Source of the DNA: Trichodelitschia bisporula
Lineage: Eukaryota
Assembly (NCBI GenBank): GCA_010356995.1
Contig: ML996692.1
Span: 569,933 to 633,932 of the forward strand
DNA: 64,000 nucleotides
Reading direction: 5' to 3'
Part shown: positions 12,834 to 26,200 of the stretch, one piece after another
Position numbering within the stretch: the stretch's first letter is position 1
How the letters are laid out: each line of letters starts with the position of its first letter
The notes under the pieces: model-generated
What the model saw: the letters and a program-made list of their open reading frames with translations, nothing else
Told to the model about the DNA's origin: nothing
Database searches by the model: none
Program-made: the position numbers and the translations under genes

Positions 12834-13741
12834 ACCGCCATCGACGAGCAACTGCGCGCCAGTCTAGGTACCGATTAGCAAGAACCAAGGCATTGATGAC
12901 CTTGGAAAAAAGGCATACCACGTATTGCGACATATCACTAGCCAAAAATACCGCCGGCCCGCCCAAGTCCTCCGGAAGCCCGGTACGACCTAGCGGGATC
13001 CTCGCCTCAGTGTAGCGCCGCTTCTTGTCATTCTCCAGGTCTTTCTCGTTAAGTTGCGTGCGGATCGTGCCAGGCAAGATGGCATTGCACCGAATGTTGT
13101 ATTTCCCTAGTGCACATGCGCATGACTGCATGAGGCTCAATACCCCTGCTTTGGTGGGTGTATAGTGCGTCTGCTGCGTGCCGCCAACGAGCGCCGAGAT
13201 GGATGAGATGCCGATGATGGACCCGCCGCCACCCTGCGAGACCATCTGCTGGGCCGCCGCTTGCACAGCGTAGAAGGCACCGGAGAGATTGGTTGCAACG
13301 GTGGCATCGAAGAGGTCCGTGTCAAGCCTTTATCAGAGAGTAAAGTCAGCCTCTCCATTCCAAACATGACTGTGCCATACGTCTAGTATCATGTCCTCTG
13401 AACCTCGCTTACGTCAAAAAGTCGGCAAATTGGCATATGCCTGCATTGCTCACAAACACATCCAGACGACTGAACTCGCGCACCGTCACGGTAACGAGGT
13501 GCTTCGCCGTATCGGGCAGCGAGATATCCCCGGCGACACCGATGAGCCGAATCCCGGCTCCCGCTTCGGCCACGAGGCTCGCGAAGTGCTTCTCCGACTC
13601 TTCGTCGGCGAGGTGGTTGACGGCTACGAAAGCTCCCTGCCGGAGATATTCGAGTGCAATGGCCCGACCAATACCCGTTGCTCCCCCTGTTATAGCGGCA
13701 ACTTTGCCGAAGAGGAGCTGTGCGGGAGTAGAGGCGGCCAT
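12813..13741 (-). CDS. LRA1: Short-chain dehydrogenase, L-rhamnose 1-dehydrogenase; exons 13741-13413, 13327-12919, 12863-12813
   Basis: TGGATGIG, NAGIC, SSISALVGG, HYTPTKAG (YxxxK), PGTIRT, and the C-terminus TGAQLLVDGGLFVNLQ typical of fungal LRA1/LraA. Confidence 0.92.
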
Positions 13742-14115
13742 GGTTATGGGATAGCTAAATTGGCAGCGCGGGTTGACGGGAGGAGAGCAATCAAAGTGGA
13801 GACGAGACGATAATTCGAAGGACAAAGCAGAATAAACGTCTGAAGGAATGAAGCAAACAGCTCTTGCTCCACGAGAGACTTCGCCTCACTCAGTTCAGGT
13901 AAGGTGTCCAGTAGGTCCAGCGTCGAAGAGGCGTTGTTCGCCTAAGCTGATGTGCAACCCAAGCTTCAGCCGCACTCCCAGCCTCACCGCGCCACGTTCT
14001 CGCAACCCCGCAGATGCCAAGCCGATCCGTCGGAACCGTAGCCCCAGTGGCGGTGCGGGGTTGCCCCGCTCGGGGGCTCGGGGGATCACAGTGCGGGACG
14101 GGAGCGGGTCCAAAG

Positions 14116-14132
14116 CGGGGTCGTGCATCCCG
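14116..14132. promoter_or_regulatory. CGG-N11-CCG site upstream of LRA1, overlapping a SYGGRG (CreA-type) site
   Basis: CGG ggtcgtgcatc CCG about 375 nt upstream of the LRA1 ATG; GCGGGG at 14115-14120. Confidence 0.55.
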
Positions 14133-15946
14133 AAAGCGCGCCATGCTGAACAAGACCCGCATTCGCCATGAGCCTGCTCCGTCTAGCCATTCCGAACGTG
14201 GGTCAATGATGATTTTAGCGGTCGGAGCCATGTCCGAAGTCGGACGCGGCGCCCCGGAGATTCTTACGCGCATGAGCGGCGAGATAGCGCGGCGAGAGGT
14301 GGAGGATAGTGGTAAACGCCATGCACGTAAGCTAAGTCGGCAACGGGCGTAATTAATCGCTCTTTCCCCTGTTGTCATCATGAGCGAAACTTTTCCCTGG
14401 TTATATATCCTCCCTCTGACTCCCTGCCATCTTTCTCTGCCTGCTGTGGCGCCCCGCGTCGCCGGGACCCCTCAGTACGTACCCGCTTCCCCCTACTTCT
14501 TCCAGCCTCGCCTAAGTGGGGCGTGCGGTTGTGCGGCCGCAGACCGGGCACGGACTCATGGCGGTATCCTAGTTGTCGGGAAACGCTGCCAACGACACAC
14601 CTTGTCATTGGGCGGGCGGTGCATTCTCTCGTCTGCAGGTGTTCGTATATTCGCATAACCCTTGGATGCAGAATTTCGAGTACTGCTGATCCAGGTACGT
14701 ACAGACCCGCGCTCACCTCGCAGTTCGTCAGTCCGCATCCGGGAAGCGGCTTGGACGGCGGGGCGTCATATGCGGCAATGCCATGTAGGTACCTGTGCAG
14801 CGCCCTCAATGCCATCGGTGATGTCCACACTATTCGGCCTGGACCCAAAAAAAAGCATGCTGGGACAAGGTTGCCTGGTGGCTTGCAGTGTGCGCTAGAA
14901 GAACCTGTGCGCAGCCTTACTGCCACTTGCAGCTGCTTGACGGCAAGACGACGTGAAGGCGCTATGTCTCTCCGGAAGACCTCTCCGAAGGCTCGACAAA
15001 TTCCATCTCTCTCTGGCCGGTTGAGTGGACGCGGCAGACGTCTCCGCTGCGCTCTCTCCCATGTCAAATATGCACAGGCCCAGAAGAATCGATTTTCAGC
15101 CCCTAGGCCGCATATACGGCTGTAGCTACGCATGCGATTCCCCACCGGGCGCCCCGATGCCCTTCACATACCGTAGTAAGGCGAGGCTTCCTCGCAAAAA
15201 CGAGCAAGGCACGGCACCCCAAGGCTCATGAACGACCACACCCACACCCCCGCTACCCCAAAATCTGGTCAGGTGCTGGACCAATGAACCACAGCACGCC
15301 ATCCCGCACCCACACCCACGGATGCCGTTACGCCCTGCTTTAGCCTCGTCCATAGTCCCCGCGCCCCCAGACTTCTTCACACCCTCCGAGCCCGGAGGAT
15401 CCAGCGATTACGCCCGGCAGCGGGCGGCGGCAGCGTGCACGAACTCCGCCCGGCCCGCCCCGCGATAACCGATGGCTTGATAAGGCGGGTGCCCAATCGG
15501 GAGGAATGCTAAAGTGGGTCGCCCACGAGTCGCGGGCAGTGGAGTGGGTGGCTTTACCGGGGCCATGGAGGGGAGAGGAGGAGGAGGTGTGCAAAAAGCG
15601 GTCTGTCTGAGTTTGTTGGTCGAGCGGGAGCTGGTGGGGCGACTGTTGACGGATGCAGGTGCAAGTGCTGGGGTCGGTTCCACGTAGCCGGATTCTGCGA
15701 CTTTTGTTCAAAAGAGTGGCTGATGACGTGGGTTGCACACCCTTGATGCGGCTCGCATAATGCCCTTTTTTTCTTGCCGGAATATTGGATGGGTGCCTTT
15801 CCTCTTAATTAATCCATGCGGTGGTAGAAGCGTTGAGATCCCACCAGCATTGACGTCCACAACGGGCCTGGTTGCCAACAGGAATCAGCATGCAGTGGAT
15901 CGAGATTGAGTTCACCCCGTTTACCCAGCGCTGGGGTCTGCGGAAA

Positions 15947-17516
15947 TCACCGATGGATAACATGAATCTCGCCATGAGCACTCTTCAGGGTCTCCAGTAC
16001 CTTCTTCTCTCCCAGCTGTTCCACCGTACACATTTCGTCGACGCAATGCATCCCATCGAGATACTTCGCAAGCGGCAGCTCACGTCCTCCATTCGATGAT
16101 CCGGCGACGCTTCCCCTCCTACTGTCGCGCCAGTATGCCAGATTATCCGGGGCGAGAATATCGTTCCCTTTTCGCCCTCGCGGTGCGTCTGCCATTGAAT
16201 TGCTGCCAATCACGCTGCTCGCAACCACATACTTGTGTACGCGGTAGAGGAAGCCTTTGATAATGCCAAAGGTCACGAAGCGTCGGACGTCAATGCCAGC
16301 CAGTAGCGTCTGGTGCTCGAGGCACCAGTTTTTGAGAGTCAGACCTTGCTTCATGCTCGTGTAGAGCTGTACAAGGCGAGCGCGATCAACGCCCGCCTCC
16401 GACCCTTTCCACGCCCACTGATCTCTAGAGCCCGTGGCCTTCGTCTCACGGTCGGTGAGTCTGCGGTACTGCCCCACGCAGGCATAGCGTAGAGCTTCGT
16501 CTTGGGCGTCAACGTCGTCGACAAAGTAGCCGATTTCAGCGGTCGGCGCATAAATGGCGCCGAACTGGAAAATATCGAGGAGCAGGATACAGTTGTAATA
16601 AAGCAGATGTTCAATGGCTTTGCGTGTCAGTTTGGGGTCCGTATCCGCCAATTCGGCAATTTGGGCAACACCGTTGACGCCGTCAATGAATGGAATGATG
16701 CGACTCAGGGTGAGGTCGGATGCCGTCGTTGTTAGAGTCGATAGCTGGACATTTGAAATTGGCACGTGCCATGCATAAACTGGAGCCGGCGGTGGACGAG
16801 TTGGGAAGAGCTTCAAGTTGATAGTATTTGACTCGTCTGCACGCACTTTTAGTCGAGCAGGACTGGTAGCGGGTAACTAACTGACCAATTGGGATCATGC
16901 ACTCGCAGTAAATGTTGAGGTCCTCGAGGAGCATCTCACAAATGGCGGCTATTTTCCCGCCCTCGCCATAGCCGGAGGAATTCAGTAAGCCCGAACCCGA
17001 AAGGGATGTTGAGGCTTCCAAGTCATCATTACCGCCGCTGTCCTCTTTCTTCGCCCAAGCACTCCCGCCTTCTTCTTTTGACAGGAACAGGCTTTGCTCT
17101 TCCAGATTCCGAAACATCGCGGCGAGTTTGCGCACGACGTTCATATAGGCAGTAAAATCGGCATCCTCATGGAGGACTAGCGCCAAATTGAAGATGAAAT
17201 TCTTGCGGACGTAACGGGAATCTGATATGCACACCGGGTGTCCAATGACGCGGTAATGGTTCGTACATACTGAAATGAGCCGGCCGCAGTACTCCTGGCG
17301 TGGAATTATGAGGTCTGATATGGCTGAGAAGCTGAAGAGGGGAGGCTCTTGATTCGGATGGGGCTGCGTAGGCGGTACGATGACGCCCTCCGGGACTTGA
17401 TGGAGCACATGGGGTCCTATTTGTGATTAGCTATCTACGAGAACGAAATGCGCACGCCCAAGATGGCAGGTACCCTTGGTGTCATGGAAACGCGTGTAGA
17501 AAATGGCTTTGATCAT
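15947..17516 (-). CDS. NPR2: Nitrogen permease regulator 2 (SEACIT/GATOR1 subunit); exons 17516-17474, 17416-16886, 16836-15947
   Basis: MIKAIFYTRFHDTKGPHVLHQVP, FIFNLALVL, LEEQSLFLS, EDLNIYCECMIPIDESNTINLKLFP, IDGVN, DIFQFGAIY, IDVRRFVTFGIIKGFLYRVHKY, LDGMHCVDEMC. Confidence 0.95.
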
Positions 17517-18361
17517 GATTTCTGGGCATCGATTTGCGGGGACTTGGTACTCGTATCAGGCGGAGCGACAGATTTGTAATGGATATCACAGGAGGATGCG
17601 AGCAAACAGCGGTGGGAGTGGCCGGCGGTTCACACCAGTCATATCGGGGGGGGGGGCAGACTAGTTCTAAATGGCTGGTATTGGCGACTGGGGGTCGAAT
17701 GCTTTGCGGCTCTGCGAGATAGAGAGATAGCGGCCGTCTGATGCGCGATGAAGCTAAGGAAGCATGTGGAAGGCGGAAGCGATGAGCGCGTGTGATGGCG
17801 ATTAGCAGCTTAGAACAGAAGGTAATATGGACGGAAGTGGGTAAGGGACTTGGATGAGAGAGTGAGATAGAGATGGATGGAGGTTAGGATAGGCGATGGG
17901 CTGATGGCATCGATTTGCCCTAACCTAACCTTATGGAGGCAGGTGCCGGGCGGGCACGTAGCCAGTGGCGCAGTCGGATCTCGTCCCGTGACTTGGCTTT
18001 TCGATTGGCGGGATGGGTCTCAAGCATGGCCGTTACTTCTTTTTTAACTTCCGTTATGCATGTGTGTGTGTCTCTATCCGAAGCCTCCGGGCCGTCTCCC
18101 CCCGTCTCCCGCCGTCGCCCGGATAGAGAGACACATCCGGGTCGATTGGCAAGATTCCCCCTCCAACCCCCTCCAACCCCTCCTCACCAAACCCCTCCAA
18201 ACGCCCCCTATCTTCCCCCACGTGTGGCCAAACCAGCTCAGGACTGGGCTTTAATCACCTGCCCCACCCCCCCTCCTCCTAAGACCCCCGTGTGTGTGCC
18301 CCAGTTTGCTTGTGGAACAGTGTGGAACGCGGAAGGGTTGGCTCCTCCTGCCGCAAGCTGA

Positions 18362-18397
18362 GGGAAGGGGGAGGGGAGGGGAGGGGAGGGGAGGGGG
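18362..18397. repeat. (GGGGA)n purine tract, G-quadruplex-capable
   Basis: About 7 G-runs separated by one or two As, in the NPR2/18814 divergent intergenic region. Confidence 0.75.
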
Positions 18398-18813
18398 ATG
18401 TGAGCCACAATCAACACATGCAGCCTAATCTCGAGAGCCTTCAAAATGGCCAGCTGTGAACTCCTCCCACTGCTCACTCTCAGATCTGCTCGCAAGTCCC
18501 GGAATCAGCTATCGTTGTGTGTGCCGAAAAGACAGATTTTCACCCAAATCATCCCACTTGCATCCCAACCATCCGGATCTCTATTGTTACATATCCATCA
18601 GTTCTTACAGCGGGTCTCCCGCCCGACACTTTACCATTATAGGCTCTATCGCCCACTCAATTACCCCATCCCCCCCCCCTAAAATCCCGCCAGCCCTTGC
18701 TACCCGGGTCTTTCTCTCATCGTCGCGACAGCCCCACCAAGACCCCTCCCCCCCGAATCATATTTCCGCCCGCCGCAAGCAGGAGGACGATACCCCATCC
18801 TGATGCCAGTATA

Positions 18814-19287
18814 ATGGCTCATCAACTGAGCACCTCCGAGATCGCCGCTTTGCGCCATTGGTCCGAGTTCGGGCAGCCGGGCGAACCGTCGCCACGGCGC
18901 ATTCAAGCAACCGACTGGAAGACGACCGGCTTCCGCAAACCAATCAAGTCGCCATGGAACCAGAGCGTCCCGCACGAACAGCTCCCAAAGCTGATCAACG
19001 GCTTCCGTCCGCGCGAGATGGAAGACAAGTGGTTCATCTATACCGACGGGCCTGACGACCGCGGCCGCGCCCTGATCCACATGGCCCGCAGCTGGACCGG
19101 CCATAAGATGGCCGAGATCGAAATGTACGTTCCTGTCGGCCCGAGTGAGCTTGCCGCCGGCGTTTTACCCGTCATGACGAGCATCACCTGGGAGTCCAAT
19201 GAGGAGTGTATTCGCGGGAATAATGAGCAGCGCGCAAAGGACACCGCTCTTCGCGTGTGTAGCTGGATCTTGTGCGTCACTTTCTGA
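18814..19287 (+). CDS. Intronless uncharacterised protein (157 aa) with GFxPxxMEDKWF..RSWTG motif
   Basis: Clean ORF with GC-rich third positions and ATAATGG start context. Globular-looking sequence WKTT...GFRPREMEDKWFIY...HMARSWTG. Confidence 0.8.
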   Translation: MAHQLSTSEIAALRHWSEFGQPGEPSPRRIQATDWKTTGFRKPIKSPWNQSVPHEQLPKLINGFRPREMEDKWFIYTDGPDDRGRALIHMARSWTGHKMAEIEMYVPVGPSELAAGVLPVMTSITWESNEECIRGNNEQRAKDTALRVCSWILCVTF

Positions 19288-20219
19288 CCATCGCCTCCCA
19301 TACGACCGAAAGAGTGAAGGGTGATAAACTCTCCCGTCGTCTTGTTCGTGATTCGGCCCGCTCGCTCCCTCCGTCCCCGCTGGAGAAGAACTGTATCGCC
19401 GGAAAAGACGGGCCGAATCGGGATTGTGCGGAGAAAGGCATGTCGGAAGAACTGCCCATAAAAACCCTACAGCGCTACCCTACGATGCATCGCCGTCCAT
19501 CCAGGGGGAGAATGAAAAGACTTATCGGAGGATAGTCGCCCCAAGCCCCTCCTCTCCCCTATCTTTCCCCCCTCCGACCAATGCCCTCCTTTGAGATTTC
19601 CTATCTCATTTTCACTTTGCCCTGAGTGAGAGTTTGACGTCCCGTAGCCTCCTCACTGCCTCCCTTCCTTGTGGCGTGTATGAAGCCTCTTATGTATCGC
19701 TGGGGTGAATGGATTAGAGTGAGACTGGTGTACTGGGGTGTGATGTCTGGGGTGAACCTGCAGTCATTCTTGTCAATGTGCTCATCTGGAGTACCGAGTG
19801 GATGCTGGAAAAGCTGGAGTCTTTTTGTCTTCTCTCCTTCCCACGTAATGAATTGACGATGGCGAAGCCGCCGCTTTTATTTTCGAGGGAGATATGTCCT
19901 TTCCTGATTGTTCCGTCTGCACCCATGATCGCCATCCGAAACTTGCATGCATCAAACAATCTGTGGCCATGGAAATGCATAAAACAGCAAACGCAAGGTC
20001 AATACAACCATACGGTTGGCCATATCTACCAGCCTCAAACGCCATCTATCAGCCCCGTCCCGGGTGTATCCGACGCCAAGAAAATAAAACCGAATGCAGT
20101 TGCCGGGCCTATTCATATGCACGTGGATATGTACCATTGCTCAGTGTCGTCGAGAATCGTGTCGTGAGGGCACCGGCAGCTCAGGCTGCCAACTGTCGGA
20201 TAGGAGAGGATGCAGACCA

Positions 20220-23200
20220 CTAATATCGCTTGTATTTCTGCAAGCCGAGTTAGTTACTGTTCCAAGCGGAGGGTACAATGTGCCACCACTTACGTCTTCG
20301 ATCTTCCTTCTACTATCTCTGTCCAGCGTGTTCCCAGCCCCTAGCAAGGCCGTTCCGATGGCCCTCGTTGCCCCAATCGCTGGCTGCAGGATAATGGTCG
20401 GGGCATGTCGGCCAACAGCCCGAGCAACCCCGCCTGCAGACGAGCTGTCCCTTACTTCGCCACCAACTGCAATGATGGCGTTGCGCGTCAATAGAATGTC
20501 CCTTTCGATGCCGTGAAACGCGGATCGCAGGCCCGTCACTACATTGAGCGGCTGGTCGGCATAACTGGACACCGCTCTTGTCTCGTCTAGACCCGGAGAT
20601 GAGGAAAGTTCGTCCTCCCAGTCATCATTGCTGTGCCTGCGGGATTGATGCACCGGGGAAAGGAATTCCTCGGCGCCCTGAAGCACATTTTGCGTCCCGA
20701 TTGCGACTTTAGCACCCAATCGAGCGAGTTCGCTGGTGGTGGTCCGTGCAAACGAGACCGCACCTTTCTGAATGCTTCGGATCAGACGCCCGTCTTTCCG
20801 GTACTCGCGCATCGGAACCACCACAAGGTCTCGTACGCCACTTCCCACATTGACGACAGGCCGTACGGAGGCCAGACCAGAAAGTACCTCCGGAAGCTGC
20901 TTGTGGGTGACATCGGGCATCCATATGTCGTTCAGGATCTTGTGAATACGATCGAAGCCCGGAATGCCGTAGATAATGGCCCGTTTGAGGAGAATGTTTG
21001 CGCCATCAAGGATGAAGAAATTCATGAATTCGGAAGTATGCCCGGATCTCAAGCCGGCATAGTCGACCTTCTTCGGCTTATAATCCAGTTTGAGCTGTAC
21101 ATCCTGAACTTCGAGACGCTGGATGAAAGGTGGAGGGCCCGTCGACTCCGGAGATTCCATGTTTTCATCTTTGAACTCAAAAAAGCGAGTCATAAAGTCG
21201 AGAGCATCTTGATCTACATGCAGACGCAAGGGTAGTACATTGACCTGAAAACCAACGTTAGCCTATGTTATAAGCCCCGGACTAACGACTTACCTTTATG
21301 ACCAGTTCCGATGCTGCCAATTCAGGTATCGGCTTCACGTTGATGATCTCAATGCGAATCATTGGTTTATCCATCTGGCGTTCCCCGGCGTCATGCATAT
21401 AGGTCGCGAACTTCTTCCAGGTAGAAGTAGGAACATGGTCAAAAATCTCCAGGTCATGAACCCGAAGCGTGATGGAGCACTGTGTTTCGCCTGTGTCGGG
21501 CGGCAATGCGATGACGTCCGCAGTAACGTTTCGCAGCTCGAAGCTGACTTTTTGTCGCTTGCTCCGGTCTAGTTTCAGGCTGCGGCTCTTCCGCCTCGGG
21601 AATGGAGGCCGGCCAGTAATTCGCGTATCAGCAGACGACAGTACTGTGCCCGTTTCCGAAGTCAGGTCGTCCACATCCCGGTTGATCTGCCGACGAAGGT
21701 CGCGCTCGTCCCGATTAGGTGGTACAGCGATCCATATTGACTGGAACAAGAAGTCCCCAATCTCCGACTCCTCATCCTCATCGTCTCTCGGGTAGGCCTG
21801 CCGCTCCTTGCGCCGTTGTTCAACACGTGCCTGCACGTCCTCTACCGCGCGAGTAATGGCATCCCTCGTTTTGAACCAGTCGTAGCCATCGTATAGGTTC
21901 CAGATGAAATTGGTGACGGTCAGATGGAGTTGCACAGGACATTCGGCGATCTGCGATTGATACACAATCCCATACTGGTTGGATTTGGAATCCCAGCAGC
22001 GAGCGGCACCTTTGGGATTAAAGATTTCGAGGTAGTCTTCGGCAGGATCCTTGCTGATCGGGATATCGGTGCATTCAAATATCTCTTGAAGGCTGTCAGA
22101 GAAGTACAATTTCTTTTTCGGAGTAGCCGTTGATGCAATAGACAAGCGGGAACCGGCGACGGATCGGAGGTCATTGTCTTCTCTTGCATATTCACCTTCC
22201 GGGTCATAGAAACTCCCCACGAAATCCATGTTAGACGGAAGATCTTCAAGAAGGTGATCAGTCTCCTCATCATCCATATCCAGAGAATGCGGCTCATCAT
22301 CTTCATCCATTGAGTTTCCGGCATTGAATGAGGCCATCATATCCTCAATGGGAACGACGTTGGTCCTGTACTGCTCCTCATCGCGCGGGGGCATCGGCGG
22401 AGCAAGGCCATTCATGATGTCTATCATGGTCCGTGTGGAATCTGCGCACGTTTCTAACACGCATAAGCGATCAGTAACATTGACCACAGCCTGGGGATTG
22501 CCGCTGGGTCCATCAGTTACTTTGGCGACGATATCAGCGGATGAGATTGTTGCGACTGATTTGAAGCCCTGGTGGCCAAGGTCCGTAGCAGCGGGACTAG
22601 TAGATTCTGACGATCGGGGCCGCAAGGCAGGCTCAATCGTAACATCGAGATTGTCGACATCGTCAATAACCAGCATTGACGCCTTGCGAATTTCAAACTT
22701 GGCATGGAGCGGATCCTTGGCCACGTTGGTCGCCAAGTGGGCGTTGCTGAAGAGTAGAATAGCTTTGCCTGGATGCTTGTCGGGATTAAGTCCAATGGCG
22801 CAGTCTCGGAGTAGCAGATCGATGTGGAGTGGCGTTGGAGAGGAGCGTGAAATTGCACTACTTCCAGAAGTTTGTCTTGCCAGCGTGCCAGTTGACGGAG
22901 GTCCCCGCAAAGTCGCTACAGAGGACACCATACTTGCTGCGAGATCTTCAGTCGTGGCTCCTATACTCAGGCCCATCGCTGCCATAATAGTCGAAACTCG
23001 GTACTCTGCTTTGACGTTGAATAGCTTGACCTTGATTTTCGGTTCCATTTCATCGCCAATTAACCTTGCCATGATCATAGGCAAGCGGTCGGCCGGCTGG
23101 AGATGGAGCAAGCTGGTGACAAGCTCCTCACGATGGCGCCTGGCCGAAATCTCCCCTAGCTCCACTGCAAGCAGTGCAGGAAGTCCAACATGCGCTATCC

Positions 23201-26200
23201 GTGGCCGGTGACATGTTAAAGAAATTGATCCGATGGCTTCATTGACCTTCAGTCGTGCCTCTACGGTTTCAACGGCCGCAAGAGTTAAAATCCCTGGGCG
23301 GTCGTCTTCAGGAAGATACTTCGTGACGCTGGAAATCTTCGCAATCTCATCGGCGAGTAGTTGGAAACCTTGTGCTTCTTGGATGTCGTTGACCCGGACA
23401 GCAACATTCGCGACGGTGACGCGAAGCAATGATCCCTTCTTCCGTTGTCGTAAGAGCGTGTCCAGCAAGATGTCATCATCGTCTTCATACTTGTCCCGAG
23501 ACGGAGTGATCAGTGATACAAGGTCGGTGAGGTCTGATTCCTCTGGAGACTGCAAGAAGATGATCTTGGTATTGGAGACGTCCACCAAAACAGGTGTGGC
23601 CCTTGACGACTGATTCTGTAGGTGCGGCCCTCGCAGCTTCAGTTGATCAATCTGCACAGATGCAAACTTTTCGCGCACGACTAGTTTCATTGCACTGCTC
23701 TTTAGAGCCACTCCACAAGCTCTCCCATGGAGGCCAAAATGAAGCCCTGCAATGCGTGCGTTTATCTTGATGGGGGAGAGGCTAGCAGATGGAGCAGATA
23801 CCGATGAGCGGCCGGTTTCGAATCTAACAGATTTTCCCGGAATGCGTGCTTCAGTCGGTGCTGGAGGTGGTGGGGTTGGAGCAAGTACGGTGCTGTTCGA
23901 TGCAACTGAACTGCTGAGATCAAGTACACCACTCAAGCCTCCGAAGGAGCTCAGCTGCTCATCCAACTTCGGCATATTCAAAGAGACAACTACAGGGAGA
24001 GTCTCCAGGTGCAGTTCAGAACGTCGGGAAGCATCATCTCTGAATGTGATTGAGACATCGCCCGCTTGTTCAGGATGGACATCCTTTGCCGAGAGCCGTA
24101 CGCCCGCTCCAGCATCGAAGGATATTATGGGTTCGTCCGAAAAACCAAAAGAGAACTTGCAGATGTTCAAGTTCGCATGCGTGGATTCCGGTGATTTTGA
24201 AAAAGATGCAGCAAGTCTAGTCAGTTTCAGCTCAAAAAGGACGTTGGACGTCAGTGCTTCATGACGCTGATTTGGGCCGTCATCATTGAGGGGTGTGTCA
24301 ATTACAGGCATACGGTCGACGAACGATATCGAAAGTTCTTCCATCGCAAGCCGGTGAGTTTGCTTCCCATCTTCTGATGTGTTCCTCTCTTCCGCTACCG
24401 GGCTTTCATGATTTGGCGAACCCGACAGGGAAGCGAGCAGTTGACGGAATACCTGGAACAAAATGCGCCCAGTTGAGAAGTCAATTTGACCATGAATATG
24501 ACCAAGTTCGACGTCCAGCTCCAGAGCAGGCGGAGTGGGGTTGACTGACGCTGATTTTCCAGCCGAATGGGGCGACGATCCAGCAAAACGGGGGTGTGGG
24601 GATGAGCGGCGCCGGCCGCTAGACGAAGAAAAGTGCTGTGAAAATGCCCCAGGCATGTCTCCATAAGCAGAACGGTCTACCGCACCCGATGGAGAATGCG
24701 TGTGGACGTTCGTCGTAGGCTCCGGTTTTACGGAAGGATAATGGGCACTACCAGCCCAGGGCAGCCAAAGGGAGATCTCGTCAATAGTAAGCAGTTGGAG
24801 AGCATAAGACGGCGGCGTAGGCGAGGCGCCGGTATCAGACTGTCCGGATTGGTCCACATCTGCGTTGTCCCCAACTTGGGACTGGGGAGCGGAGCGTGCT
24901 TCAGGCTCCGGTGAAGCCTCTGACCGATGTTGTACGACGGGAGTACCAGCTCGTGGTGTCTCACAACCTGGCTCCAGAATAGTGCTAGCAGCTCCGGTAG
25001 CAGAAGCCACCGGAGACTGCGGTCTTGGATCCGTCCCGTTGCTGGAAACGCTTCCCGCATTCCAGCCGCCTGGAATGTTGTAATGGCTACTTTCTCCCGG
25101 GATTTCTGCCATTGCACTCAAGTACATGCTCTCAGCCTCTTCATGTGTGAAAATCCTGGACTGGGACAGATCCTCAACCTCTGATCTCGCCGGGCTGCTA
25201 GTTTCACTACTTCTATGGCTGCTGGAGCTGACAAATCTGGACAGGTGAAGGCTTTCATCCAGGGGGTCATCTTCCAGAAGCGGCGGACTCTGTTCTTCGG
25301 GTGGCCGTTGCCTAGCAGACACGGTGGCGATCGTCATAGGAGCGGAATGGCTTAACTGGTCCGCTTCGTGATCTGATGAAGTCCCTGCAAGACGTGCTGA
25401 AGGCACCGTATCTGACGAAGCGAGCAAGCGAGGGCGGACTGGAATTTCCAACCGTGCCTCGTCCACCTCTTCAGGGTCTTGAGCAGTCGCACCTAGCAAC
25501 AAGCTTGCTGAGGGCGAATCGTATAGTTGATCCTCGTTTATATCGCGGCTACCAGTCATTCCACGTGTAGGCGAGAGATCGCGGCCCAGGAACACGCTCT
25601 GTGACATCGCCTGTACGGACGGACTATCAGACCCTTCATCGCCGGCGCCCAAGGAATCGTCATCAATGTCTTCCTCGTCACTGGCATCTGCAAAACGGTC
25701 TTGATCGGGAATTGGAGAAGTTGGCGAACCCGGGACCTGCTCATCGTAGTCCTCGTATCGCGGGTCTTCGCGCGGGGGTGAGCCTGAAATTACTTTCCCA
25801 GCTAGAATTACAGATTGGATCTCCGGTTCTTGCTGAAGAGGTGTTGTGGAGGAACTGGCTCTAGGATCAGCCTGCGACGGGAATCGGTGAGGGAACCCAG
25901 GCAAAGCTTCCTGACTACTCGGTGCCGCGGAAAGACTTTCTGCTACCGGGGAGGGAGGGGCTGACACCGGAGCAGACGCCTTCACCTCATTTGGAAGGAG
26001 GAGTTCGTCCGTCTCCAACCTCGCCTGGATATTCTGCAGGCAAAGTCGCCGCCGGTCAGGGCGAGATCGCTCTGGTTGCTCCGGTCCTTCATCCGTTGTC
26101 AAAGCTGACGGGAGAGTATGGATGCGAGCAGTGAGCCCTTCGATGCCAACGTTCTCAACATGTATGCCAATTGACGCGTGGAATACTCCAGTAGTAGGTG

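Noticed and set aside
22324..24264. Long + strand ORFs (up to 295 aa) inside ATG2, and similar ones antisense to ELL and the 63727 gene
   Set aside because: Antisense shadows of GC-rich coding sequence with no recognisable motifs.
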